A stretch of DNA of 64,000 bases from an uncultured Phycisphaerales bacterium. GTDB taxonomy: Bacteria; Planctomycetota; Phycisphaerae; Tepidisphaerales; Tepidisphaeraceae. Where the stretch lies: positions 3,840,001 through 3,904,000 of the forward strand of contig CAVWLP010000002.1 in NCBI GenBank assembly GCA_963755915.1, given 5' to 3'. Under the pieces are notes generated by a model that did not search any database, was not told the origin of the DNA, and saw nothing but the letters and a program-made list of their open reading frames with translations. The translations under genes were made by a program, and so were the position numbers. The stretch's first letter is position 1. Every line of letters starts with the position of its first letter. Of this stretch, positions 44,431 to 55,632 are shown piece by piece.

Positions 44431-46999
44431 GCGATCAGCCCCGGCTCAAACGGCGTCGCCAGATCCGGATTCCCCGGGACCACGCGCACCGCAAACCCTT
44501 GCCGCCCGCTGGTCCGGCATTCGAGCTGCCCGCTGAAAACGTGCCGCGGTCCGCCCACCAGCTTCGAGTGGTTCATTCGCAGCACCGTCGGCGCGCCGAT
44601 CTGCCCCGTCGCCGTGATCGGACCGGCATAAAGCTCGACCGCGATCTCCTTGGGATCGATGTCCGGCAGATCGATCAGCGCCTCGACCTCCATATTTTCA
44701 CCGACGTGATAATGCCCATTGCCGCTGACATGCACCCCAACGATCTTCACGCCGCCCCAGCGCGAACGAAGGATGTCCTTCGCCTTCGCCAGCGAGATCG
44801 AGCGCTCCAGGTTGTTCGCCGCCAGCTTTCGCCCGCGCACATCGCTCGGCACGTAATACCGATCCGCATACTCGCGCACCATCCGGTTCGTATTGAAAAC
44901 CGGCGCCAGCTTCCGCATGCAATTCTTCATCCGGGCGATCCATTCCCGCGGAATATTGTCCACGTTCCGCTTGTAGAACAGTGGGATAATCTGCTTCTCC
45001 AGGATGTCGTAAAGCGCCTGGCTCTCGAGCTGGTCCTGCACGTTTCCGTCCGTGTAGGTTTCACCCCGCCCTATCGCCCAGCCCAGGTCCGGCGCATATC
45101 CCTCAACCCACCACCCGTCGAGGATGGAGCAGTTGAGCACTCCATTGGCCGCCGCCTTCATGCCGCTGGTTCCGCTGGCTTCCATTCCGCGCTTTGGCGT
45201 GTTGAGCCACACGTCCACGCCCTGGACCATCATGCGGGCGATGTTGATGTCGTAATTCTCCAGGAAAAGGATCCGCCGGCGAACCGCCGGATTGCGGGCA
45301 AAATTCACCAGCGCCTTGATCAGCTCCTTCCCCTCATGGTCCGCCGGATGCGCCTTGCCCGCGAAGACGAACTGGATCGGGCGCTTGGCCTCCTCGATCA
45401 TCCGCTGCAATCGCCCCGGATCGCGCAGCAGTAGCGCCCGCGCTTGTAGCTGGCAAACCGCCGCGCAAACCCGATCGTCAGCGCCTCCGGATCCAGAATC
45501 TCATCGGCGGTCGCGATATCGTCAAACGACGCCCCGCGCCGCACCAACTGGTCCTTCAGCATCATCCGCGACCAGCTCACCAGCTTCTCCCGGCAGCGCT
45601 CGTGGCAACGCCACAATTCCTCGTCCGGAATCTGCGTTACGCCTTCCCAAACCGATTGATCTGTCGGATCCGACTGCCATTTACTGCTCAGATAGCGGTC
45701 CAGAACGTAAATGATCTCCGGCGCCAGCCACGAACGCACGTGAATCCCATTGGTCACGCTCTGGATCGGCACCTCATCCGGCGGCACCTGCGGCCAGAGG
45801 TTGTGCCACATCTTCCGGCTTACATCCCCGTGCAGCGCGCTCACCCCGTTCACACTGTCCGCCAGCCGGATCGCCAGCACCGCCATCGAGAATCCCTGCT
45901 TCTTATTGGTCACGTCCTCGCGCCCCAGCGCCAGGAATCCCTCTTCATCCAGCTTCAGCGAGGGATAATAGTTCTTGAAATACTTCGTCATCAGGTCCGG
46001 CGCAAACGTATCGATTCCCGCCGGCACCGGTGTATGCGTGGTGAACACGTTCGTCGCCATCACGAACTGCCTGGCCTGATCGAACGTCATCGGGCTGCGG
46101 TCGAGCAGAACGCGCGTCCGCTCCAGCGCCAGAAACGCGCTGTGCCCCTCGTTCATGTGAAACACGGTCGGCTTGATGTTCAGCGCTTCCAGCGCCCGCA
46201 CGCCGCCGATCCCCAGGACGATTTCCTGCTTGATTCGCATCTCCACGCCGCCGCCATACAGCCGGCTGGTGATGTCCCGATCGGCCGGAGCATTCTCCGG
46301 CAGGTTGGTGTCCAGCAGATAGAGCGGGATGCGCCCCACGTTCGCCTTCCAAACCTTCACGAAGACCGCGTTCTCCGGGAGATCGACTCGCACTTGGATC
46401 GGCGACCCGTCGTCATACTTCATCGCCTCGATTGCCAGGTTGTAGAAATCCAGCTCCGGGTAAGACTCTTGCTGCCAACCATCCGCCGAGAGGTACTGCT
46501 GGAAATAACCGTTACGATATAGCAGCCCCATCGCCACCAGCGGCAAACCAATTTCGCTGGCGCTTTTCAGATGATCGCCCGCCAAAACCCCCAAGCCGCC
46601 CGAATACATCGGCAGCGATTCGTGCAGCCCGAACTCCGCCGAAAAATAGGCCACCAGGAAGGGGTTGGCCTGTTTCGTCTGTTCGGAATAGGTCTTGCCG
46701 AACCACCCCAGTTCCTTCAGGTGAGCCTTGAACGAGCCATACACCCGGTCGAGCTGGGCGAGATATCCATCGTCATTGGCGATCGCCGCCAGGCGTTTCT
46801 GGTCGATGATTCCAAGCAATTTTACCGGATTATGGTTCACATCTGCCCAGAGGTTGCGGTCGAGCCGCCGAAACAGCTCCACCGCGTCCGGATGCCAAAC
46901 CCACCAAAGGTTTTGTGCTAATTCCAGAAGCGGCTGAAGCGCCGGGGGAACGTTGGGAAGCACCTGAAATGTCTTTAAGTTCGGAGTGGCAAAGTCCAT
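44421..46999 (-). CDS. glgP: Alpha-glucan (glycogen) phosphorylase, frameshift ~45435
   Basis: YFSAEFG, YSGGLGVLAGD, HMNEGH, FARRFA.YKR, GKAHPAD and EASGTSGMK motifs. Confidence 0.95.
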
Positions 47000-47130
47000 A
47001 TCTACCTTCCAATAAACTAGAGAGCGGCGGTATATCTTCGGCTATTTCGGACCTTCGGTAAAGTCGCTACAGACGGTTAGTTCGGCAAATTCTCCCGTAA
47101 TTAACACGGCCTTTAGATATTCGGACGCGT

Positions 47131-47622
47131 CTATTTCACAGCGACCTCGAACCGCTTCACATAAAACTGCGAGTCGGCAGCCCGCTGGCCGATAAGGTGC
47201 AAACTCATCGGGTATTTCACCGGACTCTTCCGGAAAAAATCCCAGATCCTTTCCGAATGCTTCATCTGCCGCTCGAGGTTTTCCTCGACCTGGTCCTTTA
47301 ACTCCGGCGGGATCATTCGCTGCCGGTCGTAATCCCATTGCGCATCCACCCGCACCAGCAAATGAGCCTCTTCCCAGTCAATCGGATATCCATGAATGTA
47401 CCCCTCCCCCGTTCGCGGCGTGTAGAACCAGAAACACAAAAACCGGTCCTTCCAAACCGTCGAAGTCGCATCATCAACCCCCGTGATCAGTGCCGCGTGA
47501 GAGGTCCGGATCGCCTGCCCATTCAGCGGCTTGGCGACCCATACTTTCTTCTGGCTACAGTCGTACAACCCCACGAGCGGATATTTCCCGCTGAAGTGAT
47601 CGGTGCAGAGCTTGGAACTCAC
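47131..47622 (-). CDS. Hypothetical protein
   Basis: 163-aa ORF with genome-like codon usage. Confidence 0.6.
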   Translation of the reverse strand: MSSKLCTDHFSGKYPLVGLYDCSQKKVWVAKPLNGQAIRTSHAALITGVDDATSTVWKDRFLCFWFYTPRTGEGYIHGYPIDWEEAHLLVRVDAQWDYDRQRMIPPELKDQVEENLERQMKHSERIWDFFRKSPVKYPMSLHLIGQRAADSQFYVKRFEVAVK

Positions 47623-47757
47623 GCGCCACCGTGATCCGCAGTATCGCGCTTACCGTACCCCAACATCCGTCATACCTTCATTGGCCTGCGGTTGGTTCAG
47701 ATGAAGGATATGCGCCCCCCTCAAAAACGCAACCAAGGCAACCGGCGCGGTGAGCCC

Positions 47758-47886
47758 TTATTGCCCCAGCAACTTGGCGATGATGTAAATCACTACCGCT
47801 CCCCCCAATCCTCCGCCGCATAGTAGGTATATCAATGAAAACCCAATCGCCCCCATCGGCATGATAACAGTCGCCAGCTCCGTCAT
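47758..47886 (-). CDS. Small hydrophobic protein (42 aa)
   Basis: GAGG RBS; SLIYLLCGGGLGGAVVIYIIAKLLG. Confidence 0.55.
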   Translation of the reverse strand: MTELATVIMPMGAIGFSLIYLLCGGGLGGAVVIYIIAKLLGQ

Positions 47887-47985
47887 TTGAACCTCGCTTT
47901 CATAGCGAGGTGTACAACAACGCCCATGCCGCCCCCGTTTTCGCGTGTAGTGGGCCAGCTTGCTCGACGCGCACGTCAAATTGTC

Positions 47986-49890
47986 CTACGGCACCACGAA
48001 AATAACCGGCGAAGCCAGGATCATCGGCCGGCTCTGAAGCAGCGAAAGCTCGGTCAGTTCCGTGCTCAGCGCCCGCTGCACCGGCTTGCCCATAAGGCTC
48101 AGCAGTCCCTGCGCCTCCGGCGAAAGCTGCAAAGGCAGCGGCATGCGCGAGGACGAGTCGTCATCGTCATCAGAGCCGTTGTTGTTCAGCAGATCGGCCA
48201 GAGTCTTGGGAGCCGGGAAAACCCGCACGTCATATTCGCCTATCGCCAGGTTCTCCTGCTTGGCCGCATAGGCGATTGCGTCCTGGATTCCGCCAATTTC
48301 GTCCACCATCCCCAGTTCCTTCGCTCGATCCGCGACGAAAATCCGCCCCCGCGCCACGGCGTCGATATCCTTGATCTTCCCCTTGCGCGTCGTCATCACC
48401 CGCTGGGTAAACTGGTCATACGTCTCGCGCATCCAGTGGGTTACCTGCTCGCGCTGCTGGTCGGTCCATTCGATCTCGGAGCTGAAAAGGTCGGCGTTTT
48501 TGCCCCGCGTAAACGCCTCTGCATTCAGGCCGAGCTTCCCGAAAAGGTCGCTGTAAACAAATTTGCCGCCGACGACGCCGATCGACCCGACGATCGCGGT
48601 CGGGTCGGCGAAAATGTAGTCCCCGCTGCACGCCAGATAATATCCCCCGCTGGCTGCCATTGAGCCGACGGAAATAAACACCGGCTTGGTCTTGGCGACC
48701 CGCCGCACCGACTGCCACATTGCTTCGCTGGCCAGCGCGCTGCCGCCGGGCGAGTCGATGCGGATCACCACGGCCTTGATCTTCGAATCCTTCTCCGCTG
48801 CCCGCAGCGCCTCGCGAATCGTATCCGACCCGACGTTCTCAGATTGCTGCAGCAGCCCCGAAGTGCTTGGCCCATCGACGATCACGCCCTCGGCATAGAT
48901 CAATCCAATCCCCGGCTTGGTCGATTCCACCGGCTTGCGCGTGAGCAGCGAGAAAAACGCAAACGGGCTGGATAGATCTACGTCGTCGTGCTTCTCGCTG
49001 CCGTAATCGAGCGCGAGGTCAAACTTTTTCCCGAGGCTGTCCGCCATCAAGTCGCGCATCCCGCCGATATCGACCAGATGGTCCACCATCCCCGCGGCCT
49101 TAGCCTCGTCCCCGGTTATCAGCGAATCATCCACCAGCGCCCGCACCTTATCGGGGTCAAGCCCGCGGCTCTTGCTGATCGTCGCGACAATCTGCGTGTA
49201 AAGCGCATCCGCCAGCTTATTGAGCTGCCCTTTCAGTTCGTCGCTGGCCTCGGTGCGCGTGTATTCCTCATCTGCCCCTTTGTATTCCCCGATCTGCACG
49301 AAATCGGCCTTCACCCCGAGCTTGTCCAGCAGCCCCTTGGCGAACATCGTCTCAAACCCGACGCCGGGGATCATGATGTCGCCCCCTTCGAGCATGCAGA
49401 TGTCGGTGGCGCTGCTGGCCGCGATGTACGAATCGGTATCGAACGAATCTGAATAAACAAACGTTCGCTTGTTTTCCTTTTTCAGAAGTGAAAGCTCATC
49501 GCGCACTTCCATCGCCTGCGAAAGGTTCAGCGCACCCTCCTGGAGACGGATCAGGACGGCGCTCACATCGCTGTCCTTGCGCGCCTTTTCCATCCGGTCG
49601 ATCAGCGAGCGCAGCGTCAACCCCCCCTGGTCCTGCGCGAACAGGCTGAAGTCGGCCGGTTTTTCCACCACCCCTTCCGAAAGATCGAAAAACGCGATCT
49701 TCGGCAGCGACTGGCTCTGAGTGTCATTCCCCTCCGCCGCCTTGATCCTGGCCATCAGTTCGGCCGGCGTGGGAAACTTGTCGTCCGGCTGCGTTGCCGG
49801 TGTTGAATCCGGCATGGTGGACGGCGTCTGGGCCGCCCCCGCGCAAACGCACAGTGTCACCGATACGAGCAACCCCAACCAGCGATTCAT
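47986..49890 (-). CDS. sppA: Signal peptide peptidase SppA (67K type)
   Basis: Tandem S49 domains; GEYKGA, IDSPGGSA, AASGGYY, GSIGV and GRIF motifs. Confidence 0.92.
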   Translation of the reverse strand: MNRWLGLLVSVTLCVCAGAAQTPSTMPDSTPATQPDDKFPTPAELMARIKAAEGNDTQSQSLPKIAFFDLSEGVVEKPADFSLFAQDQGGLTLRSLIDRMEKARKDSDVSAVLIRLQEGALNLSQAMEVRDELSLLKKENKRTFVYSDSFDTDSYIAASSATDICMLEGGDIMIPGVGFETMFAKGLLDKLGVKADFVQIGEYKGADEEYTRTEASDELKGQLNKLADALYTQIVATISKSRGLDPDKVRALVDDSLITGDEAKAAGMVDHLVDIGGMRDLMADSLGKKFDLALDYGSEKHDDVDLSSPFAFFSLLTRKPVESTKPGIGLIYAEGVIVDGPSTSGLLQQSENVGSDTIREALRAAEKDSKIKAVVIRIDSPGGSALASEAMWQSVRRVAKTKPVFISVGSMAASGGYYLACSGDYIFADPTAIVGSIGVVGGKFVYSDLFGKLGLNAEAFTRGKNADLFSSEIEWTDQQREQVTHWMRETYDQFTQRVMTTRKGKIKDIDAVARGRIFVADRAKELGMVDEIGGIQDAIAYAAKQENLAIGEYDVRVFPAPKTLADLLNNNGSDDDDDSSSRMPLPLQLSPEAQGLLSLMGKPVQRALSTELTELSLLQSRPMILASPVIFVVP

Positions 49891-50017
49891 AGATGACTCC
49901 TTGATGCGAGCTACGGTCGGGAAATTATACCATTGGGAAGTAGAAAATTCTTGTATGGGAACTGGCAATTGGCTTTCTCCATTCGCGTTCGGGCCACCAG
50001 GCGCGCATAATCCCCTC

Positions 50018-50416
50018 GTGCTTGAATGGCTTAAGAATTTTCTTCAGCCCGCTCCCCAGCGCGACGCCCTGGGCCAGCGCGGTGAAAACGTCGCCGCCCG
50101 GTTTCTTCGCAACCAGGGGTACAAAATCATCGAGCGCAATTTCCGCTGCGAGGTCGGCGAAGTCGACATCATCGCCCGCGACGGCAAAACCCTCGTCTTC
50201 ATCGAGGTCAAAACCCGCGCTTATGACGATCCTACCCCCGAAGACCAGATCAACCAGGACAAGCGGCACCAGTTAACCAAAGCCGCGAAGTATTATCTCT
50301 CTCGTTACGGCTCGCCCCAGCCGCCGGCGAGGTTTGATGTCGTCGCCATCGTTTGGCCCACGGGCCGGGACCCGCAAATCCGGCACACGCCGGATGCCTT
50401 CGAAGCGACCTTCTGA
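50018..50416 (+). CDS. YraN family (UPF0102) nuclease-like protein
   Basis: LG.RGE..AA.FL...GY.I..RN, GEVDII, VFIEVKTR and RFDVVAI motifs. Confidence 0.9.
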   Translation: MLEWLKNFLQPAPQRDALGQRGENVAARFLRNQGYKIIERNFRCEVGEVDIIARDGKTLVFIEVKTRAYDDPTPEDQINQDKRHQLTKAAKYYLSRYGSPQPPARFDVVAIVWPTGRDPQIRHTPDAFEATF

Positions 50417-50423
50417 TTTCGAA

Positions 50424-51191
50424 ATGATCGACACCCATTGTCATCTGACCGACCCGCGCCTGCTGGATCAGATTGCCGCCGTTCTCGGTCGCGCGCAATC
50501 CGCGGGGATTCTGGAAATGGTCACCATCGGGACCGATCCCCCCGACTGGGATGCCGCTATTGCCCTGACGAAAAAATATCCCAACGTCCGCTGCGCCGTC
50601 GGCGTTCATCCCAACAATTGCCACGAGGTCCCATTCGAGCGGATCGCCGATCTTCGCAGCTATGCCCATGATGCTCGCGTCGTCGCCATCGGCGAGATCG
50701 GCATCGACCACCACCACAAAGACGCCTCTCCCGAACTTCAGACTAAATATTTTGAAGCCCAGCTCCACGTTGCCCAGGAATTGGATTTCCCCGTCGTGAT
50801 CCACTCCCGCGAATCCGTCGACGACTGCCTGGCCGTCCTGAAGAATTTCCCCAAGGTCCGCGCCGTCTTCCATTGTTTCACCGGCACCGCGGCCGAAGCC
50901 GCCCGAATCTGGGACGCCGGGCATCTCACCGGCTTAACCGGCGTGGTCACCTTCCGAAATGGCCGCTCACTCCTGGAAATCGCCGCGCAAGCGCCGGCCG
51001 ATCGGATCCTGGTTGAAACGGACGCCCCTTACCTGACCCCCGAGCCCATGCGCAAGCAAAAGATCAACGAACCCGCGATGGTCATTCACACTGCAACCGC
51101 CATCGCCCAAGCGCGGCGAACGTCACTCGAGGAATTCGACGCCCTCACCACAAAAAACGCTCACAACTTTTATCGCTGGCAATCCCCGTAA
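50424..51191 (+). CDS. tatD: TatD family DNase
   Basis: IDTHCHL, GVHP, AIGEIGID, IHSRE, HCFTG and ETDAPYLTP motifs. Confidence 0.93.
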   Translation: MIDTHCHLTDPRLLDQIAAVLGRAQSAGILEMVTIGTDPPDWDAAIALTKKYPNVRCAVGVHPNNCHEVPFERIADLRSYAHDARVVAIGEIGIDHHHKDASPELQTKYFEAQLHVAQELDFPVVIHSRESVDDCLAVLKNFPKVRAVFHCFTGTAAEAARIWDAGHLTGLTGVVTFRNGRSLLEIAAQAPADRILVETDAPYLTPEPMRKQKINEPAMVIHTATAIAQARRTSLEEFDALTTKNAHNFYRWQSP

Positions 51192-51211
51192 ATCCGGTTC
51201 CGCACTCCCGC

Positions 51212-51670
51212 TCATCCCTCGAAGCTGATCTTCGCCTCCATCCGACTATCCGGGCTGGGAAAATCGAGCTTCGTTGCCGCCTCGGCAGCTTTCTTCTTTC
51301 CAAGCTGGTCCATTAGCAGCGCCCACGTCCGCCGCTGATATTTCAAGACGTTGGTCGCCTCGTCCAGCGACTGCATCTTGTGGTGTAGATTTGCATCCAC
51401 CAACCGGCGATAGGCAAAGGCGTACAGCCCCTTTAGTTTCGCGCACAATTCAGGCATCACGTCGGGCCGCAGGCTGCAAATAAGCTGATTCACAATCGCC
51501 TGCGCGCTGGAGAGCGCCTGGTGGCTTTGCTCAAAATTCTTTTTCTCCAGTGCCACCTTCCCCTGCTCGCAGAAACGCAGGGCGCCGTCGAAGAGCATCA
51601 TCTGCAACTGTTCAGGCGTCGCCGTCCGAACCTTGGTTTCCAGATATTTCTGCGCCGCCTGCTGGTTCAT
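51212..51670 (-). CDS. fliS: Flagellar export chaperone FliS
   Basis: TATPEQLQMMLFDGALRF; adjacent to fliD. Confidence 0.9.
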   Translation of the reverse strand: MNQQAAQKYLETKVRTATPEQLQMMLFDGALRFCEQGKVALEKKNFEQSHQALSSAQAIVNQLICSLRPDVMPELCAKLKGLYAFAYRRLVDANLHHKMQSLDEATNVLKYQRRTWALLMDQLGKKKAAEAATKLDFPSPDSRMEAKISFEG

Positions 51671-51693
51671 ATCTTGATTTTGAGCGTCGGCTA

Positions 51694-54453
51694 TTAGCTG
51701 GATGAGCTGCTCGAACTGGATCCCTCGGTGCTCGTATCCGCCGTGGTTGTCTTCACGCCGCTCAGTGAGCTGAGAAGGCTTCCCTGACTTTGAAGAGTGG
51801 CCAGGGTTTCTTCCATCTGGTTAAACTCGGCTTCAAGCTGCTGCTTTTTCTCGGCCAGGATCGCATTGAGCTGGTTGATCTGGTCGTTGTATCCCGAAAT
51901 CTGCGTGTTCAGCGTATTCACCTGAAGCGTAATCGCGCCGTTAACGGGATCGACCAGCGAATCCATCGCGTTGGAGATCACTGCCCCGAGGCCGACGCTC
52001 GTCGTGCTGAATAGGTTTTGCACGGCGTTCGGATCAGTCGCAAACGCCTGCGCAAACGTGTTGGAATCAAAATTCAACTGCGTCCCATTCGAGGTATCCC
52101 CCGATGCGTTCACGGTGATGCCGATGTCAGCCAGATCCTTGAATTGCCCAACCCCCTGCACGACCGAATTGATCATCGTGTAAATCGAATTCTGCACCTG
52201 ATCGGTCGTCGCATCCCCGAGCAGGATGCCGCCGGTGTTGTTCGCCGCGTTGTAAGCCGTATCCGCGGTAATCGTCCCCACCAGCGAATTGAAATCCTGT
52301 ACGAAATTCTGAAGCTGCGCCGAGACGTTGCTTGGATCGGGCGTGATGCCCAGACTCACCGGCGACGTGCTTGCACTCAGCAGGCTGATCGTCACTCCGT
52401 TGATCACGTTCGAAAGCTGGTTCGAGTTCGATGTAATCAGCAGCGGCTGCGCGCCGTCCGATCCGCCATAATACACGGCGGCGTTCTGGGCGTTGACCAG
52501 ATTGCGAACCCCAAGGCTGGTCGTCCCGCTGTCGATAACCACCTGCCCCGCCGATCCCGAATTCACAGCCGTGAGCGAGAGCCGATACGGATCGGTGCTC
52601 GACCCATCGTTCACGATGCTCGCGATGACCCCGAACCCAAGCTGGTTGATCTTGTTCTGAAGCGTCGTCAGTGTGTCGGTGCTGGTGACCGTAATCGTCT
52701 TCTGCAGCGCCCCGTCGAGCGTTGTGCCCGTGGCCGTTCCCGCGATATTAAGATCTGCCGCCGTCGTTCCGCCGTTTAAGTCGCTGACGGCCAATGTTCC
52801 CGCTCCCCCGGCCGTATCCGTCAGCAGAATTCCGTTTCCGGTCTTGTCAATCGAGGCCGTCACCCCGATGTTCTTCGCGTTGATCGCGTTGATGACGTCC
52901 CCGATGGTGTTAAACGATCCCTGCGAGAGGTCGACCACGGCCGTCTGGCCCTTCGAATTCTGAATCTGAAACTGACCCAGCGCCACTCCTGCTCCACCGT
53001 TGAACTGCGTCAAAGGCGTATTCAGCGAAACGTACTGCGCCTGCAAATTCTTCCCCACCGCCACGGGCGAAGCCGCGCCAAACGTCCCCGCGATTCCCAG
53101 CGCCGCCGCCGTCGTCGAATTCACGTCCGAGATCACCAGGCTTCCCGAACCTCCGCTGTTGTCGGTGATCTGAATCCCCGTTCCGGCCTGGTTCATCGAC
53201 GCCGTAACGTCAATCCCCGCGTTGTTGATATCGGTAAGAATATCGCTGACGGAAGTTGCTCCCGCCAGGTTCACGTCTGCGTGTCCACCGTTGCCATTGG
53301 TGATCGAAATCGTCCCCAGCGGCAGGCCCGATCCGCCGTTCAGCGAGCTGATAAGCACCGAATCCAATCCCGCGATCAGCGGCGCTCCCTGGATCGTATT
53401 GCCGGTGACTCCATTCGGCAGCCCCAGGTCCTTCGCCGCCTCTGACCCGTTGTCCGCCACGATCGACATCGTCCCGCCGCCGCCGCTGGTGTCGGTAAGC
53501 GTGATCCCGTTTCCGGCCGTGTTAATCGCCGCGTGAAGCTTCGATCCCCCGGCCGTATTGATGTCGTTGATCACGTCCCCGATCGTGCTGGCCCCGTTGA
53601 GCTGCACATTGATCTGCGACCCATCGCTGGTGGTTACCGTGAAATCGTTCTGTCCCGCCGTCGTGGTCGCCACTCCATTGCCGTCGTTGAGCTGCCCCAG
53701 CGGCGTCGCATCGGTAATGAAATTGATGTTCGTCCCCGTCAAAACCCCGTTGGTCGCGGTTCCCGCAATCCCCAGCGCCTGCGCCGTCGTCCCGCCACTG
53801 AGATCGGTGATTGACATCGTCCCGGTCCCGCCGCTGGTGTCGGTGATCACCAGCCCGCTGTCCGTCACCTGTGCGTGTACGCTCACTCCCACGGCGTTGT
53901 TGATCTGGTTGACGACATCATCCAGTGTCACATCTCCCGAGGTATTGATTACCGAAGTATTCCCGCTCGCATCGGTGATTCGGAACTGCCCCTGCGGCAC
54001 CCCCGCGCCTCCGTTAAGCTGCGAAAGCTGCGTCTGCGACGACGCCAGGCCGCCTCCCTCCTCCAGCGTGATCGTCCCCGCTCCCACCGGGGCCGTAGTC
54101 GTATTCGCAAACCCGTTGCTGATGCTCTGCTGCGTGGTGACGAGCTGCGCCACCTGAAGCTGATAATTTCCCACCGCTGCGCCGGGCGCGGCTGTTGCCG
54201 TCAAGACGTTCGGATCGCTGCTGGTCGTCACGGCATTCTGAAAGGTCTGCGGCAGCGACAGATTCTGCCCGATCTGCTGCATTGCGGTCAGTTGCGTCTC
54301 GATCGAGTTATACGCCGCCTCCTGCTGCTGCGCGGAATTGATCTGCGTCTGAAGCAGCGTGACCGGGGCGGCATCGATCGAGATCAGCCCGTCGATGATC
54401 GCGCCGGTATTGATCCCGCTGATCAGACCGATATTTGACGTGATTTGCGCCAT
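51694..54453 (-). CDS. fliD: Flagellar filament cap protein FliD (long, with internal Flagellin_IN-like repeats)
   Basis: GLISGINT...I..L N-terminus, G.LLGD, LADIGI, coiled C-terminus; LNGG.G and TTA..LGIAG repeats. Confidence 0.9.
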   Translation of the reverse strand: MAQITSNIGLISGINTGAIIDGLISIDAAPVTLLQTQINSAQQQEAAYNSIETQLTAMQQIGQNLSLPQTFQNAVTTSSDPNVLTATAAPGAAVGNYQLQVAQLVTTQQSISNGFANTTTAPVGAGTITLEEGGGLASSQTQLSQLNGGAGVPQGQFRITDASGNTSVINTSGDVTLDDVVNQINNAVGVSVHAQVTDSGLVITDTSGGTGTMSITDLSGGTTAQALGIAGTATNGVLTGTNINFITDATPLGQLNDGNGVATTTAGQNDFTVTTSDGSQINVQLNGASTIGDVINDINTAGGSKLHAAINTAGNGITLTDTSGGGGTMSIVADNGSEAAKDLGLPNGVTGNTIQGAPLIAGLDSVLISSLNGGSGLPLGTISITNGNGGHADVNLAGATSVSDILTDINNAGIDVTASMNQAGTGIQITDNSGGSGSLVISDVNSTTAAALGIAGTFGAASPVAVGKNLQAQYVSLNTPLTQFNGGAGVALGQFQIQNSKGQTAVVDLSQGSFNTIGDVINAINAKNIGVTASIDKTGNGILLTDTAGGAGTLAVSDLNGGTTAADLNIAGTATGTTLDGALQKTITVTSTDTLTTLQNKINQLGFGVIASIVNDGSSTDPYRLSLTAVNSGSAGQVVIDSGTTSLGVRNLVNAQNAAVYYGGSDGAQPLLITSNSNQLSNVINGVTISLLSASTSPVSLGITPDPSNVSAQLQNFVQDFNSLVGTITADTAYNAANNTGGILLGDATTDQVQNSIYTMINSVVQGVGQFKDLADIGITVNASGDTSNGTQLNFDSNTFAQAFATDPNAVQNLFSTTSVGLGAVISNAMDSLVDPVNGAITLQVNTLNTQISGYNDQINQLNAILAEKKQQLEAEFNQMEETLATLQSQGSLLSSLSGVKTTTADTSTEGSSSSSSSS

Positions 54454-54713
54454 GAATTCCTAATCGTCCAGAACGCTTCCGCGATAGAGCATCGACCAAT
54501 CGCGGTTGGCAAAATCGTTGAGCGCCTCATCGATGCGCACCTCCATCTCCTCCGCGAGCAGATGGCCGATAGCCCATCGATCCAGAAACAGTAAACAGGC
54601 GCGTCGTACTTCGCGCAACCGGCTCGCCGTCTCCACCCACGACCTTTGCTGCCTCTGTGAGCAACCCATGACCTATTTATCGGAACTTGGGCGACGAGAA
54701 CATGAACCGGAGA

Positions 54714-54802
54714 GATTGCTCATTTCCTATTGCCTATTTCCTATTGAAGTTCGCGTACCCACCTTGTTTTTCAATAGGCAATTGGAAATAGGCAATTGGA
54801 AA
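54714..54802. repeat. Palindromic heptamer-repeat element
   Basis: ATTTCCTATTGCCTATTTCCTATTGAA ... TTCAATAGGCAATTGGAAATAGGCAATTGGAAAT. Confidence 0.7.
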
Positions 54803-54833
54803 TGTACTACGCCCGCCATTACCCTACCCGCCC

Positions 54834-55622
54834 ATGCGTTCCCGTCCCCCCGACGCTCTCCGCCCCATCACCATCCAGCGCGGCTTCACGCAAACCCCGG
54901 CTGGCTCAGTCCTTTGGCAGCAGGGAAACACCATCGTCCTCTGCACCGCCTCCGTCACCGCCGACCTCCCTCCATGGTTCAACGACCAGCGCCCCGGCGG
55001 GTGGATCACGGCCGAATACGTCATGCTCCCCGCCTCCACCCCGCAGCGAAAGCCCTGGCCGAAGATCGGCCACACGGATTCCCGTGGCACCGAAATCCAG
55101 CGCCTCATCGGCCGCTCGCTACGCGCCGCCATCGACTTGACCAAAATCGGCCCCCACACCCTCTCCGTCGATTGCCAAGTGCTCCAAGCCGACGGCGGCA
55201 CCCGCACCGCCTGCATCTCCGCCGCCTATATTGCCCTGCACGACGCCATCGCAAAGCTGCCCGATCAAATGCCCATGCCCAGGGTAATCTCCAAAACTAC
55301 TAACGATCCCTCCACCGGCAAACCCCTCCCGCGATACGACACAAGTCTCTACGTCCCTCGCCAGGCATTGGTCGACCAGCTCGCCGCCATCAGCGTCGGG
55401 CTTGTCGACGGCGAGGTCCTCCTCGATCTCGATTACAACGACGATTCCCGCGCCGAGGTCGACATGAACATCGCCTGCACCGCGAGCGGTAAATTCGTCG
55501 AAGTCCAGGCCAGCGCCGAAAACGGCCAGGGTTTCGACCGCAACCAAATGAACGATTTGCTGGAAATGGCCACCCTGGGCTGCAAAAAAATAATGGACCA
55601 CCAGCGCAGCGCGCTGAAGTGA
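54834..55622 (+). CDS. rph: Ribonuclease PH
   Basis: GWITAEY.MLP.ST, EIQRLIGRSLRA, QADGGTRTA, DLDY.DD..AEVDMN and EVQ..AE motifs. Confidence 0.95.
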   Translation: MRSRPPDALRPITIQRGFTQTPAGSVLWQQGNTIVLCTASVTADLPPWFNDQRPGGWITAEYVMLPASTPQRKPWPKIGHTDSRGTEIQRLIGRSLRAAIDLTKIGPHTLSVDCQVLQADGGTRTACISAAYIALHDAIAKLPDQMPMPRVISKTTNDPSTGKPLPRYDTSLYVPRQALVDQLAAISVGLVDGEVLLDLDYNDDSRAEVDMNIACTASGKFVEVQASAENGQGFDRNQMNDLLEMATLGCKKIMDHQRSALK

Positions 55623-55632
55623 CGGAACTCCC

